This document shows positions 1-17,112 of a DNA stretch of 64,000 nucleotides, piece after piece. The stretch is from contig CM074819.1 in assembly GCA_037447605.1 (NCBI GenBank), positions 2,068,297 to 2,132,296 of the forward strand, read 5' to 3'. Position 1 is the stretch's first letter. Each line of letters begins with the position of its first letter. The stretch is from Zygnema circumcarinatum SAG 698-1b (lineage: Eukaryota; Plantae; Zygnematophyceae). Below the pieces are notes generated by a model. It was given only the letters and a program-made list of their open reading frames with translations, was not told the DNA's origin and made no database searches. The translations under genes and the position numbers were made by a program.

Positions 1-1230
1 GGGAGAGGGGAGAGGAAGAGGGAGGAGAGGGAGAGGGAGTGGGAGAGGGAGGGGGAGAGGGAGAGTGAGAGGGAGAGCGAGGGAAGTGGCGAAGGGAGGG
101 AGAGTGAGAGGGAGAAAGAGGCGTAGGAGGGAGGGGAGGGAGGGGGAGGGGGAGGGGGAGAGAGAGAGGAGAGGGGAGGGGGAAGAGGGGGAGGGAGAGT
201 GAGTGGAAGAGGTAGGAGGGAGAGGGAGTGATATGTTGAGGGAGGGGGAGGGGGGAAAGGAGAGGGAGACGGAGACGAGGTGGACGAGGGGAAAGGGGGG
301 CAGGGAGAGTGAGAGGGAGCGATAGGGATAGGAGGGAGAGAGAGAGAGAGATGGAGGGAGGGAGGGGAGGGAGAGAGTTGGGGAGAGCGAAAGGAGAGGC
401 AGAGGGAAAAATCTCAAATTTGAATACAGTAACTGTACGTTTCTTAAAGTCGATTGGGCTGCACTGCAGAAGGAGACCCAAAGTGACAACATTTGTATGG
501 GAAAGCTGGTGGGCCGTGAACTGAAGAACAGGCATTGGTTAAAACTAAACGAAGTTTAGAACTAAACCGAACTGCACCACATTTAAAATTTACATTCAAA
601 CAATGCCACAACCTCATCTCTCATTCAAATATTTTTAAATATGTCCTTAAGCTTGAAGCTGAAGAGTTTCCTAGCCCTTCCACCAGCCTCACTAATACTC
701 TACTACCGTACAGTAAGGACATGCTGTACAGTATGGATGGTGTACGTTTCTCGTTTGGACCACGTGGACGAATCAAACCTGGCCACGTGTGTCTACGACA
801 GCGCAAATCGGTTTTGTGACCGTATGCGATAGATATCAGGGGCTGCCACGTCAGCCCTAATATGGAAAATTGGATTACGGCCCAACAAGTGTCTTTACGG
901 AACACATGTGACTGAATCCGTTGTCTCGATAGCCCGCTTCGATAGCCCGACCGCACAGGAGCCGGCAGCGTTTGACCGGCCGGCCACGTCGCCGGCCGGC
1001 TGACCAACCGGCTGGCCGTCGTACGGACTTTTCGATTGCGCGGCGTTCGCCGCTCCGTCCGCCTGTCCTTGGCCGACTGTCCCCGGGGAAACGACCAACT
1101 GTCCTACCAACTGCCGACTGTCCCTGCCTGTAAACCAGGCGGTCTACAATGTTCTGTACGCCGGTTTGGGAATTTTCAGCCGGCCGGCAACCTCGGCCGT
1201 CGCCGGCCTGACGTGGTGCGACCTGGTGGC
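1..1230. repeat. Direct duplicate of 2073..3302 (offset 2072), ending at an N gap
   Basis: Identical ORFs recur at 309/2381, 535/2607 and 621/2693. The copy stops at the gap 1231-1240. Probably a contig-overlap artefact. Confidence 0.85.
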
Positions 1231-1451
1231 NNNNNNNNNNAGAGGGAGAGGGAGAGGGAGGGAGAGGAGGGAGGGAGGGAGGCGGGGGAGGAAGTGGGGG
1301 AAGGGGGAGAGGAGGGAGAGGGAGAGGAAGCGGAGGGAGAGCAAGTGGAGGCAGTTCGAGTGGAACAGGAGAGCTTGGGAGAGGACGAGGAGGGAGAGAG
1401 AGAGGGGAAGGAGAGGGAGCTGACGGCAGCCGAGGGAGGGAGGGAGTGCAG

Positions 1452-1989
1452 GCCTTCGTGGTCCGCAACGACATGGGTTGTGGGTCCACCATTGGGCCCA
1501 TCTTGGCCGCCGCCACCGGCATTCGGACGGTGGACGTGGGTGTGCCGCAGCTCTCCATGCACAGGTGGGGGCGCAACCCTAAACCCTAAACCCTAAACCC
1601 TAAACCCTAACCCTTAAACCCTTATTCTAAACCCTAAACCCTCAATCAAACCCTTAACCTTAAACCCTAACCCTAAACCCTAACCCCTAAACCCTTATTC
1701 TAAACCTTAAACCCTCAATCAAACCCTTAACCTCAAACCCTAACCCTAAACCATAAACCGCAAACCCTAAACCCTAAACTCTTAACCCTCGACCAAACCG
1801 TAACCCTAAAACCTTTGTTTCGCAAACAAATTCCGTACGGCCCTCTCTCTCTCTCTCTCTCTCTCTCTTGGGCGGGCCAGCGCGCGGGAGATGTGCGGAG
1901 TGCGCGATGTCGACATCAGCTACCGACACTTTAGGGCCTTCTACGCGCACTTTTCTGAGATTGATGCGCAGCTTGTGGTGGATGGGTGA
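1452..1989 (+). CDS. DNPEP: Aspartyl aminopeptidase (M18 family), last two exons; 5' part not in window
   Basis: Exons 1452-1564 and 1881-1989 (cag acceptors, gt donor, phase 2) give [59 protein letters not shown]...VVDG-stop, which is the M18 C-terminal signature. Confidence 0.92.
1577..1810 (+). repeat. Degenerate telomere-like (AAACCCT)n array inside the DNPEP intron
   Basis: Runs of aaaccct/aaccct/aaacctt between the donor at 1565 and the acceptor at 1880. Confidence 0.9.
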
Positions 1990-3663
1990 GGGGGAGAGGG
2001 AGAGGGAGAAGGAGAGGGAGAGGGAGTCGGACGGGGAGAGGGGGCGAGAGAGAGGGAATGGGAGTGGGAGGGGGAGAGGGAGAGGAAGAGGGAGGAGAGG
2101 GAGAGGGAGTGGGGGAGAGGGAGGGGGAGAGGGAGAGTGAGAGGGAGAGCGAGGGAAGTGGCGAAGGGAGGGAGAGTGAGAGGGAGAAAGAGGCGTAGGA
2201 GGGAGGGGAGGGAGGGGGAGGGGGAGGGGGAGAGAGAGAGGAGAGGGGAGGGGGAAGAGGGGGAGGGAGAGTGAGTGGAAGAGGTAGGAGGGAGAGGGAG
2301 TGATATGTTGAGGGAGGGGGAGGGGGGAAAGGAGAGGGAGACGGAGACGAGGTGGACGAGGGGAAAGGGGGGCAGGGAGAGTGAGAGGGAGCGATAGGGA
2401 TAGGAGGGAGAGAGAGAGAGAGATGGAGGGAGGGAGGGGAGGGAGAGAGTTGGGGAGAGCGAAAGGAGAGGCAGAGGGAAAAATCTCAAATTTGAATACA
2501 GTAACTGTACGTTTCTTAAAGTCGATTGGGCTGCACTGCAGAAGGAGACCCAAAGTGACAACATTTGTATGGGAAAGCTGGTGGGCCGTGAACTGAAGAA
2601 CAGGCATTGGTTAAAACTAAACGAAGTTTAGAACTAAACCGAACTGCACCACATTTAAAATTTACATTCAAACAATGCCACAACCTCATCTCTCATTCAA
2701 ATATTTTTAAATATGTCCTTAAGCTTGAAGCTGAAGAGTTTCCTAGCCCTTCCACCAGCCTCACTAATACTCTACTACCGTACAGTAAGGACATGCTGTA
2801 CAGTATGGATGGTGTACGTTTCTCGTTTGGACCACGTGGACGAATCAAACCTGGCCACGTGTGTCTACGACAGCGCAAATCGGTTTTGTGACCGTATGCG
2901 ATAGATATCAGGGGCTGCCACGTCAGCCCTAATATGGAAAATTGGATTACGGCCCAACAAGTGTCTTTACGGAACACATGTGACTGAATCCGTTGTCTCG
3001 ATAGCCCGCTTCGATAGCCCGACCGCACAGGAGCCGGCAGCGTTTGACCGGCCGGCCACGTCGCCGGCCGGCTGACCAACCGGCTGGCCGTCGTACGGAC
3101 TTTTCGATTGCGCGGCGTTCGCCGCTCCGTCCGCCTGTCCTTGGCCGACTGTCCCCGGGGAAACGACCAACTGTCCTACCAACTGCCGACTGTCCCTGCC
3201 TGTAAACCAGGCGGTCTACAATGTTCTGTACGCCGGTTTGGGAATTTTCAGCCGGCCGGCAACCTCGGCCGTCGCCGGCCTGACGTGGTGCGACCTGGTG
3301 GCATAGTACTCGTCCACGTGGCAGATACATGTAACCGTACAGCTGTTCCATGCACAGTTAGGGTTTGCGGAAACCACCACGACTTGGACTTTAAAATAAA
3401 AAACGCCAGCGTGACATTACTTTTTGTCACGCTCAGCCCAAAAACAAAGCTCCAAGCTCCTTTTTTTGGAGTCAATCCTGACTGCCAGTTAGAAATAACA
3501 TGAGCAAAAAGCAAAACATACCCCAGTACCCTCAAAACCCTGAAAAACCTAAAACCCCAAACCCTGAAAACCTTAAAACCCTAAACCCTAAAACCTGCTC
3601 CCAAAACCCTAAACCCCGCCCCCCCTTATTGCCTTATTTCCCCGCCTGCTCGCTCTCATTCCT

Positions 3664-6600
3664 TCAATACTCCGCCGCCGCGGAGGCCTTGAGGTCGAAG
3701 TCGGTGAGGTTGGCCTTGGGGCCCTGGAAGTCGAAGATTCGCCGCGGGAGCAGCCACGGGACTGTGAGCAGAATCATCAAAATTCCGAGCGCTACCGGCG
3801 CATAGTTGAGAGTGTCTTTGGTGATAGGGTAGATGGTAGGGAGGCAGAAAATGACGGAGAGAGTGATAATCCATCCAATGGCGATGAAGTTGACAAGGAA
3901 GCTGAACTTGCCGAGGGTGAAGGGGCCGGGTTGGAAGGTCTTCCTCCCCACTGTGACCTTCATTAGGATGGGGACTAAGCAGCCCAAATAGATTCCAATG
4001 ATCCCAAAGGAAGAGATGGCTGTGAATGCGACTGGGCTCCAAATGACAGGGAGGAGCATGACTGCCATTGCGAAGAATGTGAGGAGGACCGCCCTGAGAG
4101 GGACTTTGGAATTGGGTGTGACTTGCATCCAGAAGGCTGAGCCTGGAATGGCGCCATCACGGCTCATTGCCCACATCTGCAGGCGAGGGAGAGGGAGGGA
4201 AGAGGTAGAGAGGGAGAGGGAGAGGCAGTGAGGGACATGGAAGAAAGAGCTTGATCAGCCATTCTTGTCCTTCAAAAAATTGTAGAGTGGGAGTGGGAGG
4301 GGGAGAGTGGGGGAGTGGGAATGTGAGGGAGGGGAGAGGGGAGGGGGAGAAAGAGGGAGTGGGAGTGGGAGGGAGAGGAAAGGAATAAAGAGGGGTAGTG
4401 GGAGTGGGAGGGAAAGGAAGGGGGGGAGTGGGATGGGGCGGGAGAGGGGGAGTGAGAGTGAGAGGGAGAGGAAGGGGGGGAGTGAGAGGGAGAGGGATAG
4501 GGGCAGGGAGGGGAGTAATGGCGGGAGTTGGAGTGGGAGAGAGAGGGAGAGGGGGAGTGGGAGGGAGAGGAAGGGTGAGGGGAGGGATAGGGGGAGGGAG
4601 GGGAGAAATGGCGGGAGTTGGAGTGGGAGAGAGAGGGAGAGGGGGAGTGGGAGGGAGAGGAAGGGTGAGGGGAGGGATAGGGGGAGGGAGGGGAGAAATG
4701 GCGGGAGTTGGAGGGGGAGGGAGAGGGAGAGTGGGAGGGGAAGTGGTAGCTGACTGGTCTGATTCTCTACTCACCACACGGGCAGTGGCACATCCTCCGG
4801 TTGCCATTGAGAGGGGGCTGCACAGCACAACTGCTCCAAGGAGCACAACGGCTCCCACGCCCGAGTCAAACCGCGCTTTGAAGATGTCGTATAGAATTTG
4901 GGGACCCGCGTAATACCCCCCTGTCTCATTATCCGGGTTCTGTACATTGTCCGGGTCTTGAATGCTGAACACAGCAGAAAGCAAAGCAACATGGCCAGTT
5001 CGTTAAATGGGCTGCTCATCATTTCGAAGAGGTAAGAACCAATCTTTCGTTTTCTGATCAGTACATGATCACGTCAAGGACTTTTGACCGAATTCTCAAT
5101 GATCAAGCAACTCAACATTAAGCAACCTTTAGCCTTTGACCTTTTTCTTCTCCTCCGTCTTCTTCTTCTTCTTCTCCTTTTTCTTCTCCTTCTTCCCCTT
5201 CTTCTTTTTCTTCCTCTTCCTCTTCTTCCACTTCTTCTTCTTCTTCTTCCTCTTCCTCTTCTTCCCCTGATTCTTCTTCTTCTTCTTCTTCTCCTTCTTC
5301 ACCTTCTTTCTCTTCCCCTTCTTCTCCTTCTCCTTCTCCTTCTCCTTCTCAATGTCAATGTGAATTGGCCTCTACTCAAACCAAACTGAAACACTCAAAG
5401 TAAAACTGGCCTGAAAGTGAAGGTATTCTACCTGAATGTGAGCCCCAACAGAACCCCAAACCCTATCAGCACATTGGTAGCAGTCGACAGAACGGTGCTC
5501 CATGCAGCCGCTGAATCACTCCGTTTAGTTTCCTCCGACAAATGTCCGTTCAAATCAAACCCAGCGAGACAAAACTGAGACATGAGTAGCCCCACAGCGA
5601 ACAGGTACACAGGTGTGTTCAGACCCAAATATTCCGAATTATCGAAAAATTCGGTGAAAACAAAGGACGCCGATTGGTGCTTGGGAGCGATCGCGGGCAG
5701 ACCCACAACGAAAAAAATCGTTAAGAGGCAATTCCAGATTGAGCTGAATTCGGAAAGATATCCGATGAATCTGACTGGTAAAATATTGAAAATTACTCCT
5801 GCGCCAATGTCTGTGAGGGCAAAAAGGTAAAGAATGCTTCTTGGCGGGTTATAAGATGAGCCCGAGAGGGTGATCATGGCGGCTATGAATGTGGCATAAA
5901 GGTAGCCAGCTGCTGCATAGCCTCCGACGTAACCGAGCCAATTGAACCATCTGCAGAGAAAAAAAAAAGAGAAAAAAAAAAAAAGGGAGACAAGAATAAG
6001 GCACAGAGAGACAGTGGTGTGAGCATGTAAGCGAGAAAAAAAAAAAAAACTTAATAAAAAAAGAAAACATGCGGTGCACAAAATCAGAGTAGGCGAAATG
6101 GGAAACTGGGAAATGGTATGAAATGAAATGAAAAAAAAGGGGAAAAAGGAAAAAAAAAAAAAAGGGGATGAAAAACGATGGACATGCTTAGCGCTCGTCC
6201 TCCTCTCCCCTCTTGCTCTCTCTCTTTTCCGTCTCCCACTCTCTCTCGCCTTCCTCACTCTCTCCTATCTCCCTCTCCCATCTCCTTTAGTTCCCTTGTC
6301 TCTCTCTCTCTCCTCCTCGTTCCCCTCCCTACGTCTCCAGCATCTTCCTCTATCCCGCTTCCCCCCTACCACCCCTTCCTGGTTCAACTTTCTCTCCTTC
6401 TCCCTCCCAGAAACTCTTCCCTCAGCTTCCTTCCCTTTTTCTCTCCCTCCCTCCCTCCCTCCCTCCCTCCCTCCCTCCTCAGTCTCTCCTCTCCCAATCC
6501 ACCCCCAGTCAACCTCCCTCCCTCCTCTCCGTCTCCCTTCCTCCCTCAGCCCCCATTTTTCTCCCTCTTCAACTTCCTCACCTCCTTCCGCCCCCAAAAC

Positions 6601-7222
6601 TCGCCTCTCTCCCACTCCTCTCCCTCCACCTTCCACTCTCTTCCCCTTTCCCTCTCTCTCCACTCTTCATCCCACCACAGCACTCCCCCCCCCCCTCTCC
6701 ACCCGCCTACCATCCCTCACTCCCCTCTCTCACAATCAGTCAAGCATCTTACTACCTAAAACGCACAAATAAAGAAAAAAAAAAAAAAAAAAAACCCCCT
6801 TTGTTGATATGACCCCCTCCCCCTCCTCCCCTTCATAAAAAAATGTTTTTTTTGCCTCCCAAAAGCTGCCCGTCCACGAGGCTTACCCCGTGTACCAGGC
6901 CGCGACCTTCCCCCACTTCTCCCCTCCGAGGTAGTACGCGTGGTAGTAGATTCCACCCGATGTCTGGATCCACCGCCGTCCAATCACAGCCCTCCCCCGC
7001 TTCAGATCAACCCCAGAACCCAACCTCAACCTCAACCTCCCTCGTTCTTTCCCCCCCTCGTTATTCATTCATTTACTCATTTTTCAAGCTTACAAAGTAA
7101 CTAAAAATGCAGGCAGGGCGGGCGGGGGGGCGGCTCTTTCTTTCTCCCATTTGTTAGCCATTCATGTCGTAACTTTTCAAGCATTATAGTGACTGAGTGA
7201 CTGACTGCCTAGCAACGCAGGT

Positions 7223-7280
<58 letters not shown>

Positions 7281-7689
7281 GCCGTACGGGCAGCGAGGAG
7301 AGAATCTCCGCGAGCGAGGCCGCCACGAACATGGTGAAGAAGGAGATGAGGAGCCATCCCCAAATGATGGTCACGGGCCCGCCGTACGTGTACCCCAGGC
7401 CGTACAGTGACGTCAGCGCCAGAGGGAGCGCCATGGTCGACACGAGCGAGCAGAAGGCCATGACGTAATCCTGCGCACATGCGGGCACGGGCCGCCATTG
7501 GCCCCGTCAGGTGCATGGCCATGCCATGCCCTTTGCGGCCAATCACATGCATGCATGTATGTACGTATGCATGCATGCGTGCGGGCGAGGGCGCACCAGT
7601 TCGCGCTTGAGCGTCTGCTTGTAGCCGAGCTCGTTGAGGCGCTTCTCGCCAGAGTCCACCGCCAGCGCGCCGACCTCGCCTGCCCCCAT
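3664..7689 (-). CDS. BAT1: BAT1/GABA-permease-like amino-acid permease (APC superfamily), 6 exons, about 524 aa
   Basis: Exons 7597-7689, 7288-7470, 6887-6963, 5432-5950, 4775-4964 and 3664-4176. All introns are GT-AG and phases are consistent (1575 nt). Motifs: DSGEKRLNELGYKQTLKREL, YGGPVTIIWGW, TSGGIYY, GHLSEET, MSRDGAIPGS, FQPGPFTLG, LNYAPVA. Confidence 0.9.
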
Positions 7690-8904
7690 GGCTGCCGCGG
7701 CAGAGGGAGAGAGAGGGAGAGAGGGGAGGGAGAGAGATGAGAGAGAGGGAGGGGAGAGAGGGAGGGGAGAGGGGGGAGAGAGGGAGAGGGGGGAAAGAGG
7801 GAGGGGGGAGGGGGAGAGAGGGAGAGTGGGGGAGAGGGGAGTAAGGGGAGAGTGAGAGCAGGGAGACAAGGGCGGCGGCGGCGGCGGCTGTCGGCTCGGG
7901 CAAGCTTTGTCCGTACGGCCGCGTCTGGACCGCCGGCTTGTCCGTTGTGAGGTGGGGCCACGCGGACAGGTGGGAACGGCGGAGCAGCTATTAACAGGCC
8001 AGCTTGTACGGTCAGTGTACCAGTGTTGTACAAATGTTGTACGTTTTGTCACTTTGTGACATGCGCAAATGTCCCGACATTGTACGGTTTTTTTGTCGTA
8101 TTTGTGCTGAAAGAAATGGAGCGCTGTGGTTGGCTGGAATTTGGCGAGGAAATTTTTCATTTCGTACACATTTCAGATTTCTATATTTTCCAGTCGGACA
8201 AAATCTTACGGTATCTTACACATGATTGGATAATCCGACAAAGGACGGATTCTGTTTTTTGTTTTTTCGTGAAGCATGACGGAAGTCGTTTGTCGTTAGG
8301 GCGCGGACGCTCGGCAAAAGCGTACGGAGATTTTTCGGATGATCTTGCCGGCTGACGTGGCAAAATCTGAGTCAGCAGTGCATGAAGACGACCTCTGATT
8401 GGTTGAAAAAGATTTGATTTATGAAGTCCCGAGGGCCCCACAAGTGCGACAAATTGTACAAACTACCGGCGTTTCCACGTGTACCACTTATTCGCCACGT
8501 GGAGAAGGGACCATACATTACTGTACACTTGGCAGGCATCAAGCCGTCTATTGCCAAAATTTGGCAGCTGGCACGAGCGGGCGGGGTATTTTGTCTTATG
8601 TGTAGGACCTGAAACCGAACGTCAAACCCTGTACGGTATCATAAAAATGCGATTTTTCCTGCCCAGGATTGTATTTTCATCCGGATCGTGAAACGGCCAG
8701 TTTCTAGTTACCGGTCCGTTAGCGCAAAGAAACCACGAGGGAACTGCGAGGGGATCGGCGAACATAGAACGCTGCAGCCCCGCGTTGACCAAACCTGTAA
8801 TTGCCACAGTTCGCCTTCATGAGTACAATGTTATTGTCGTTGTTGTTGATGTTTTTGTCAAACTTGAACACAATTTTTGCGAGTAGTCGCAAATCAGTAT
8901 TATT

Positions 8905-9176
8905 AGGGGGAGTCAGACCTTGACCATCGCCCGCGGAATTGAAAGATTCCGCCGGCGGAAAGGTATTGATTTCGATTGCAGAATTCGGGTCGGCCGCGGC
9001 CCCCCCGGAACCTGTCTGTCCCGTCCGTACTTCGAAATAGGTTACAAAAATGAGATACAGGCTCGGGCGAGCCTGTCGAACGTCCACTTTTGGCGAAAAA
9101 GGCCTGCCGTACAACGCGGAATTGGCCCGACGGCTCGCGGAATTGGTTTGGCGCTGGTCAAGGTCTGACTCCCCCT
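8905..9176. mobile_element. MITE, AGGGGGAGTCAGAC-TIR family, 3-bp TSD ATT
   Basis: Perfect 22-bp TIR AGGGGGAGTCAGACCTTGACCA...TGGTCAAGGTCTGACTCCCCCT, with ATT at 8902-8904 and 9177-9179. Confidence 0.85.
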
Positions 9177-9276
9177 ATTACTTGCAGTTTGATAGGAGTA
9201 CTCTTTACAGGGAAATTGCGATTTCCCCGAGGTACTCGTTTTGATTGATAAGAAGAATGTTTTTTTAGAAGATATA

Positions 9277-10212
9277 GGGTAGTGATATTTCCACCCCTTT
9301 TTTGGATCCAAACACCCCTTCCCGGCCGGGCAGATTTCAAAAAGGATTAAAAACGGAAAATGCTTTTTTCACACCTTTTTGGAATCGATACCCACCCTCC
9401 ATCGGCAGATTGTATTTTTGCGAAACAAGGAAAATTATAACCCTTCACTCCATTTGAATATCCCGCTTACCTGAATTTTTTTTCACGCGTGCGGTCAATC
9501 GCAGCCGTCGATTCCCTCGCAGATCGCAACGAGGCAGATCACTATTTCATCTGCAGCCGGGCTCGGTCACAGCGAATGGCACGGGCCCACATATCCCGCC
9601 AAAGTCGTCTCAAAAATTTGTCCGTACAAATATCGTACGGTCGTACCAAAAATTTTGTACATTGAGAATTTGGACCAATCAAAATTTTCCACGTCAAAAA
9701 TTTAACACGTGGCAAATTTTGATTGGCTGGGAGCTGACAATAGAACAAGATCTCGGGCCGAGGTACGCGCGCACTCGCAAGTGCGATCCGGCTTTGACGG
9801 GACTCGTGGGCGCTTTCCATTCGCTGAGATCAAGGCCGGCTGCAGATCGAACGGTGATCTGCAGTGGTGCGATCTGCGAGGGAATCGACAGCTGCGATTG
9901 AGACACACGTGTGAAAGACGGACACCCGCGAACGATCTCGTGGCGAACGGATCTTCCGCTCCGAGCGGATTCGGGCAGGCAGATATTTCTTTCCTCAAAA
10001 AAAATTCAGGTAGGCGGGATACAGTATTCAAAATGCGGTGACGGGGTATCATTTTCCTTGGTTAGCAAAAATAAAATCAGCCGACGGAAGAAGGTGGGTA
10101 TCGATTCCAAAAAGGTGTGAAAAAAGCATTTTCCGTTTTTAATCCCTTTTGAAATCTGCCCGGCCGGGAAGGGGTGTTTGGATCCAAAAAAGGGGTGGAA
10201 ATATCACTACCC
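9277..10212. mobile_element. Non-autonomous Mutator-like element (long TIRs, 8-bp TSD)
   Basis: About 120-bp inverted termini (9277-9396 vs 10093-10212) starting GGGTAGTGATATTTCC, flanked by AAGATATA at 9269-9276 and 10213-10220. No transposase ORF. Confidence 0.8.
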
Positions 10213-10890
10213 AAGATATATGAAGGTTTTCTTTTTAATACTACGATTCTGACGATTTTGCAGTTCCAGTTTCAGTTTCAGACGTTCATGCCCTAATGGC
10301 GACTCCGAAATATAGATAAGCCTTGGAGTGGTCCCTAGTTAGTTATTAGCTAACCTTCAGTTAGTCATTAGCAAATCACTATCGGTACGTTTTTCCCTAC
10401 TTCCCATATCGCACAACCCATTACCCGGCTCGCAAATAATTCCAAAGGACTAATTTGCTTTCGTTTTTCACTTTACCCTTTATTTGCTTCAACTGCAAAC
10501 TCATAATTCACTTGTTCTTTTGTTTTTTTTGAGACATTTAGAACCAATCCCAGCACAAGTCCGGTCCTAAAGAACGGCCGACAGTTTAACTGATAACACG
10601 CCTAACGGCACACATGGAACACCGCACGGAACCCCGCTACGCGCCAGAGACGCTCCCAATGTGCAGACAGACCAACATCACCGTACAACATCCGCAACAT
10701 CACATCAGCCACGCGCTACATCACTCCCCCCCCCTCCCCAAGTGATGTTCCCCCTCGCCACTGCCCGCTCGTCTCTGTACAAGGCTGCCTGCACTCCCGA
10801 CATCACTGGCACCCGCAACATCACATTTTCGCCCCTTTCATTTCGCTCTCCCTCCCTGCATCCCTGCACTCGCGACATCACCCTTCTCCG

Positions 10891-15597
<4,707 letters not shown>

Positions 15598-16568
15598 GGC
15601 CTCTCTCTCTCTCCCTCTCTCCCCCTCCCTCTCTCCCCTACCCTCTCTCTCAATCTCTCTCTCAATCTCTCTCCCCCCTTCTCTCCTTCCCTCTCACTCC
15701 TTCCCTCCCTCTTACTCGCCCCTCCCTTTCTCTCTCTCTCTCTCTCTCTCTCTCGTCCTCTCTATATCTCTCCCTCTCAAATTTCCCACTCTTAAGAGGT
15801 TTCTCTCCTTCAAATGACCGTCGTAACCACTTTTGTTCGCAAAACGAGGAGCGGTCGTGGAGCTAGCGAGGTTCGAACCGTGGTCTCTGCGAGCTATTCG
15901 GATTTTTGAATTCCCAAAGAAAAAAAAATGAAACTGGAATTAAAAACTCGGTTTCTAGTTTGCGGGGAATTGCAAACTAGATTCCTGTACGGACAGGATT
16001 GTACGGTTATTCTATGCCGTTAGGGCCTGCTTGGAGTTTGTGTTGTGCCAAATCACTAAACGACAAACGTGCGTCAGTGTAATGACGTGACAGAAGATTC
16101 GAATACAGTATGGCAGTCACTCGCGGAGGCTCTATGTCACAGTTGCAGTTTTTGCGCCGCTAAACGGTTAAAATGCAGGTAAGTGCACACTCCTAACGAG
16201 GCTTGATTGGCTGTAAACGATTTGCACTGTGAAATCCTCGATTTAAGGCGTGCGTGTATCCATATATTGCGATGGTTGTAGGGTGCCTTTTGTCATCGCA
16301 GATTTTCAAACCGTTTGACGGCGCGCTTGAAGATTATCAATTCATAAAGGAAAATGATATTTCGCCCCCATTTTGGGTTATCCCGCCCCGTTTTTAATGA
16401 AATTCCGCCCTGCCATTTGGGCTATTCCGCCCCCCCTCCCCCCACCAATTTAGGATATGTCGGGAGGTGATAGCCCCTCCCCTTCCCCTCACCTGCCCTC
16501 CCCTCCCGTCCTCTCCCCTCCTCCTCCCCTCCCTCCCCTCCCCTCCCCCTCCCCTCCCNNNNNNNNNN

Positions 16569-17112
16569 TACGGACGACCTAACTAGGTCGGCATTGGCGT
16601 AGGTTTACGAAGGACCGCAATGCTGGATGTTGAACGCGTACCCGGCTGCTGAACGCATGAGGGCGGCCGTGACGTGACATCGGTCAACTAGGAAGATGTC
16701 ACGTAACACGGCCATGGTGGTATATAGGGTTTAGCTTGATTATGTAGGATAACCACATTAGACTACTGTAGTCCCGTGACTTATTCTGTGCTTGCTCGTG
16801 TTGCTGGGCTGCCCTGCTTGTGTCGCAAGGTAGTGAGTAAGGGGAGAAGTAGCTAGTGAGAGGGGGAGAACTTCATGTGGGTGACATTCTTATCATAAAG
16901 GAGTTTTAGAGCCGTGAGCTTTCTTCTACACTTTCCCGTGTGTGATTTCCGCTGTGCTTGTCTCTGTTTTCATTCTGTGAGTTATGGGCTATGAGTGAAG
17001 TGAGATAGAGTGGGGAGAGTGAAAGATGTCTTCATCGGTGGGAACCGGAGTTCCAATGGAGGGCGACACGCAAGGTGGCGCCGGTAGCAGCGAGCAGATC
17101 CACGCTCCAACA
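16569..17112 (+). mobile_element. Copia LTR of the same family as 22966..23505, in inverted orientation; 5' end cut by a gap
   Basis: Reverse complement of the 22966-23505 LTR, with a 6-bp indel and several substitutions. Ends in ...CCAACA joined directly to RNase H sequence. Confidence 0.88.

Noticed and set aside
1-3302. Apparent tandem duplication of the DNPEP 3' region
   Set aside because: The copy is essentially identical and ends at an N gap, which is typical of contig overlap. Not treated as biology without long reads.
15860-15900. GGTTCGAACC B-box upstream of RPT6
   Set aside because: No T-stem pairing or A-box at the proper distance, so it is not a tRNA.
16903-16913. GTTTTAGAGC resembling a Cas9 repeat start
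   Set aside because: It is part of the conserved Copia LTR motif. There is no array or tracr context.
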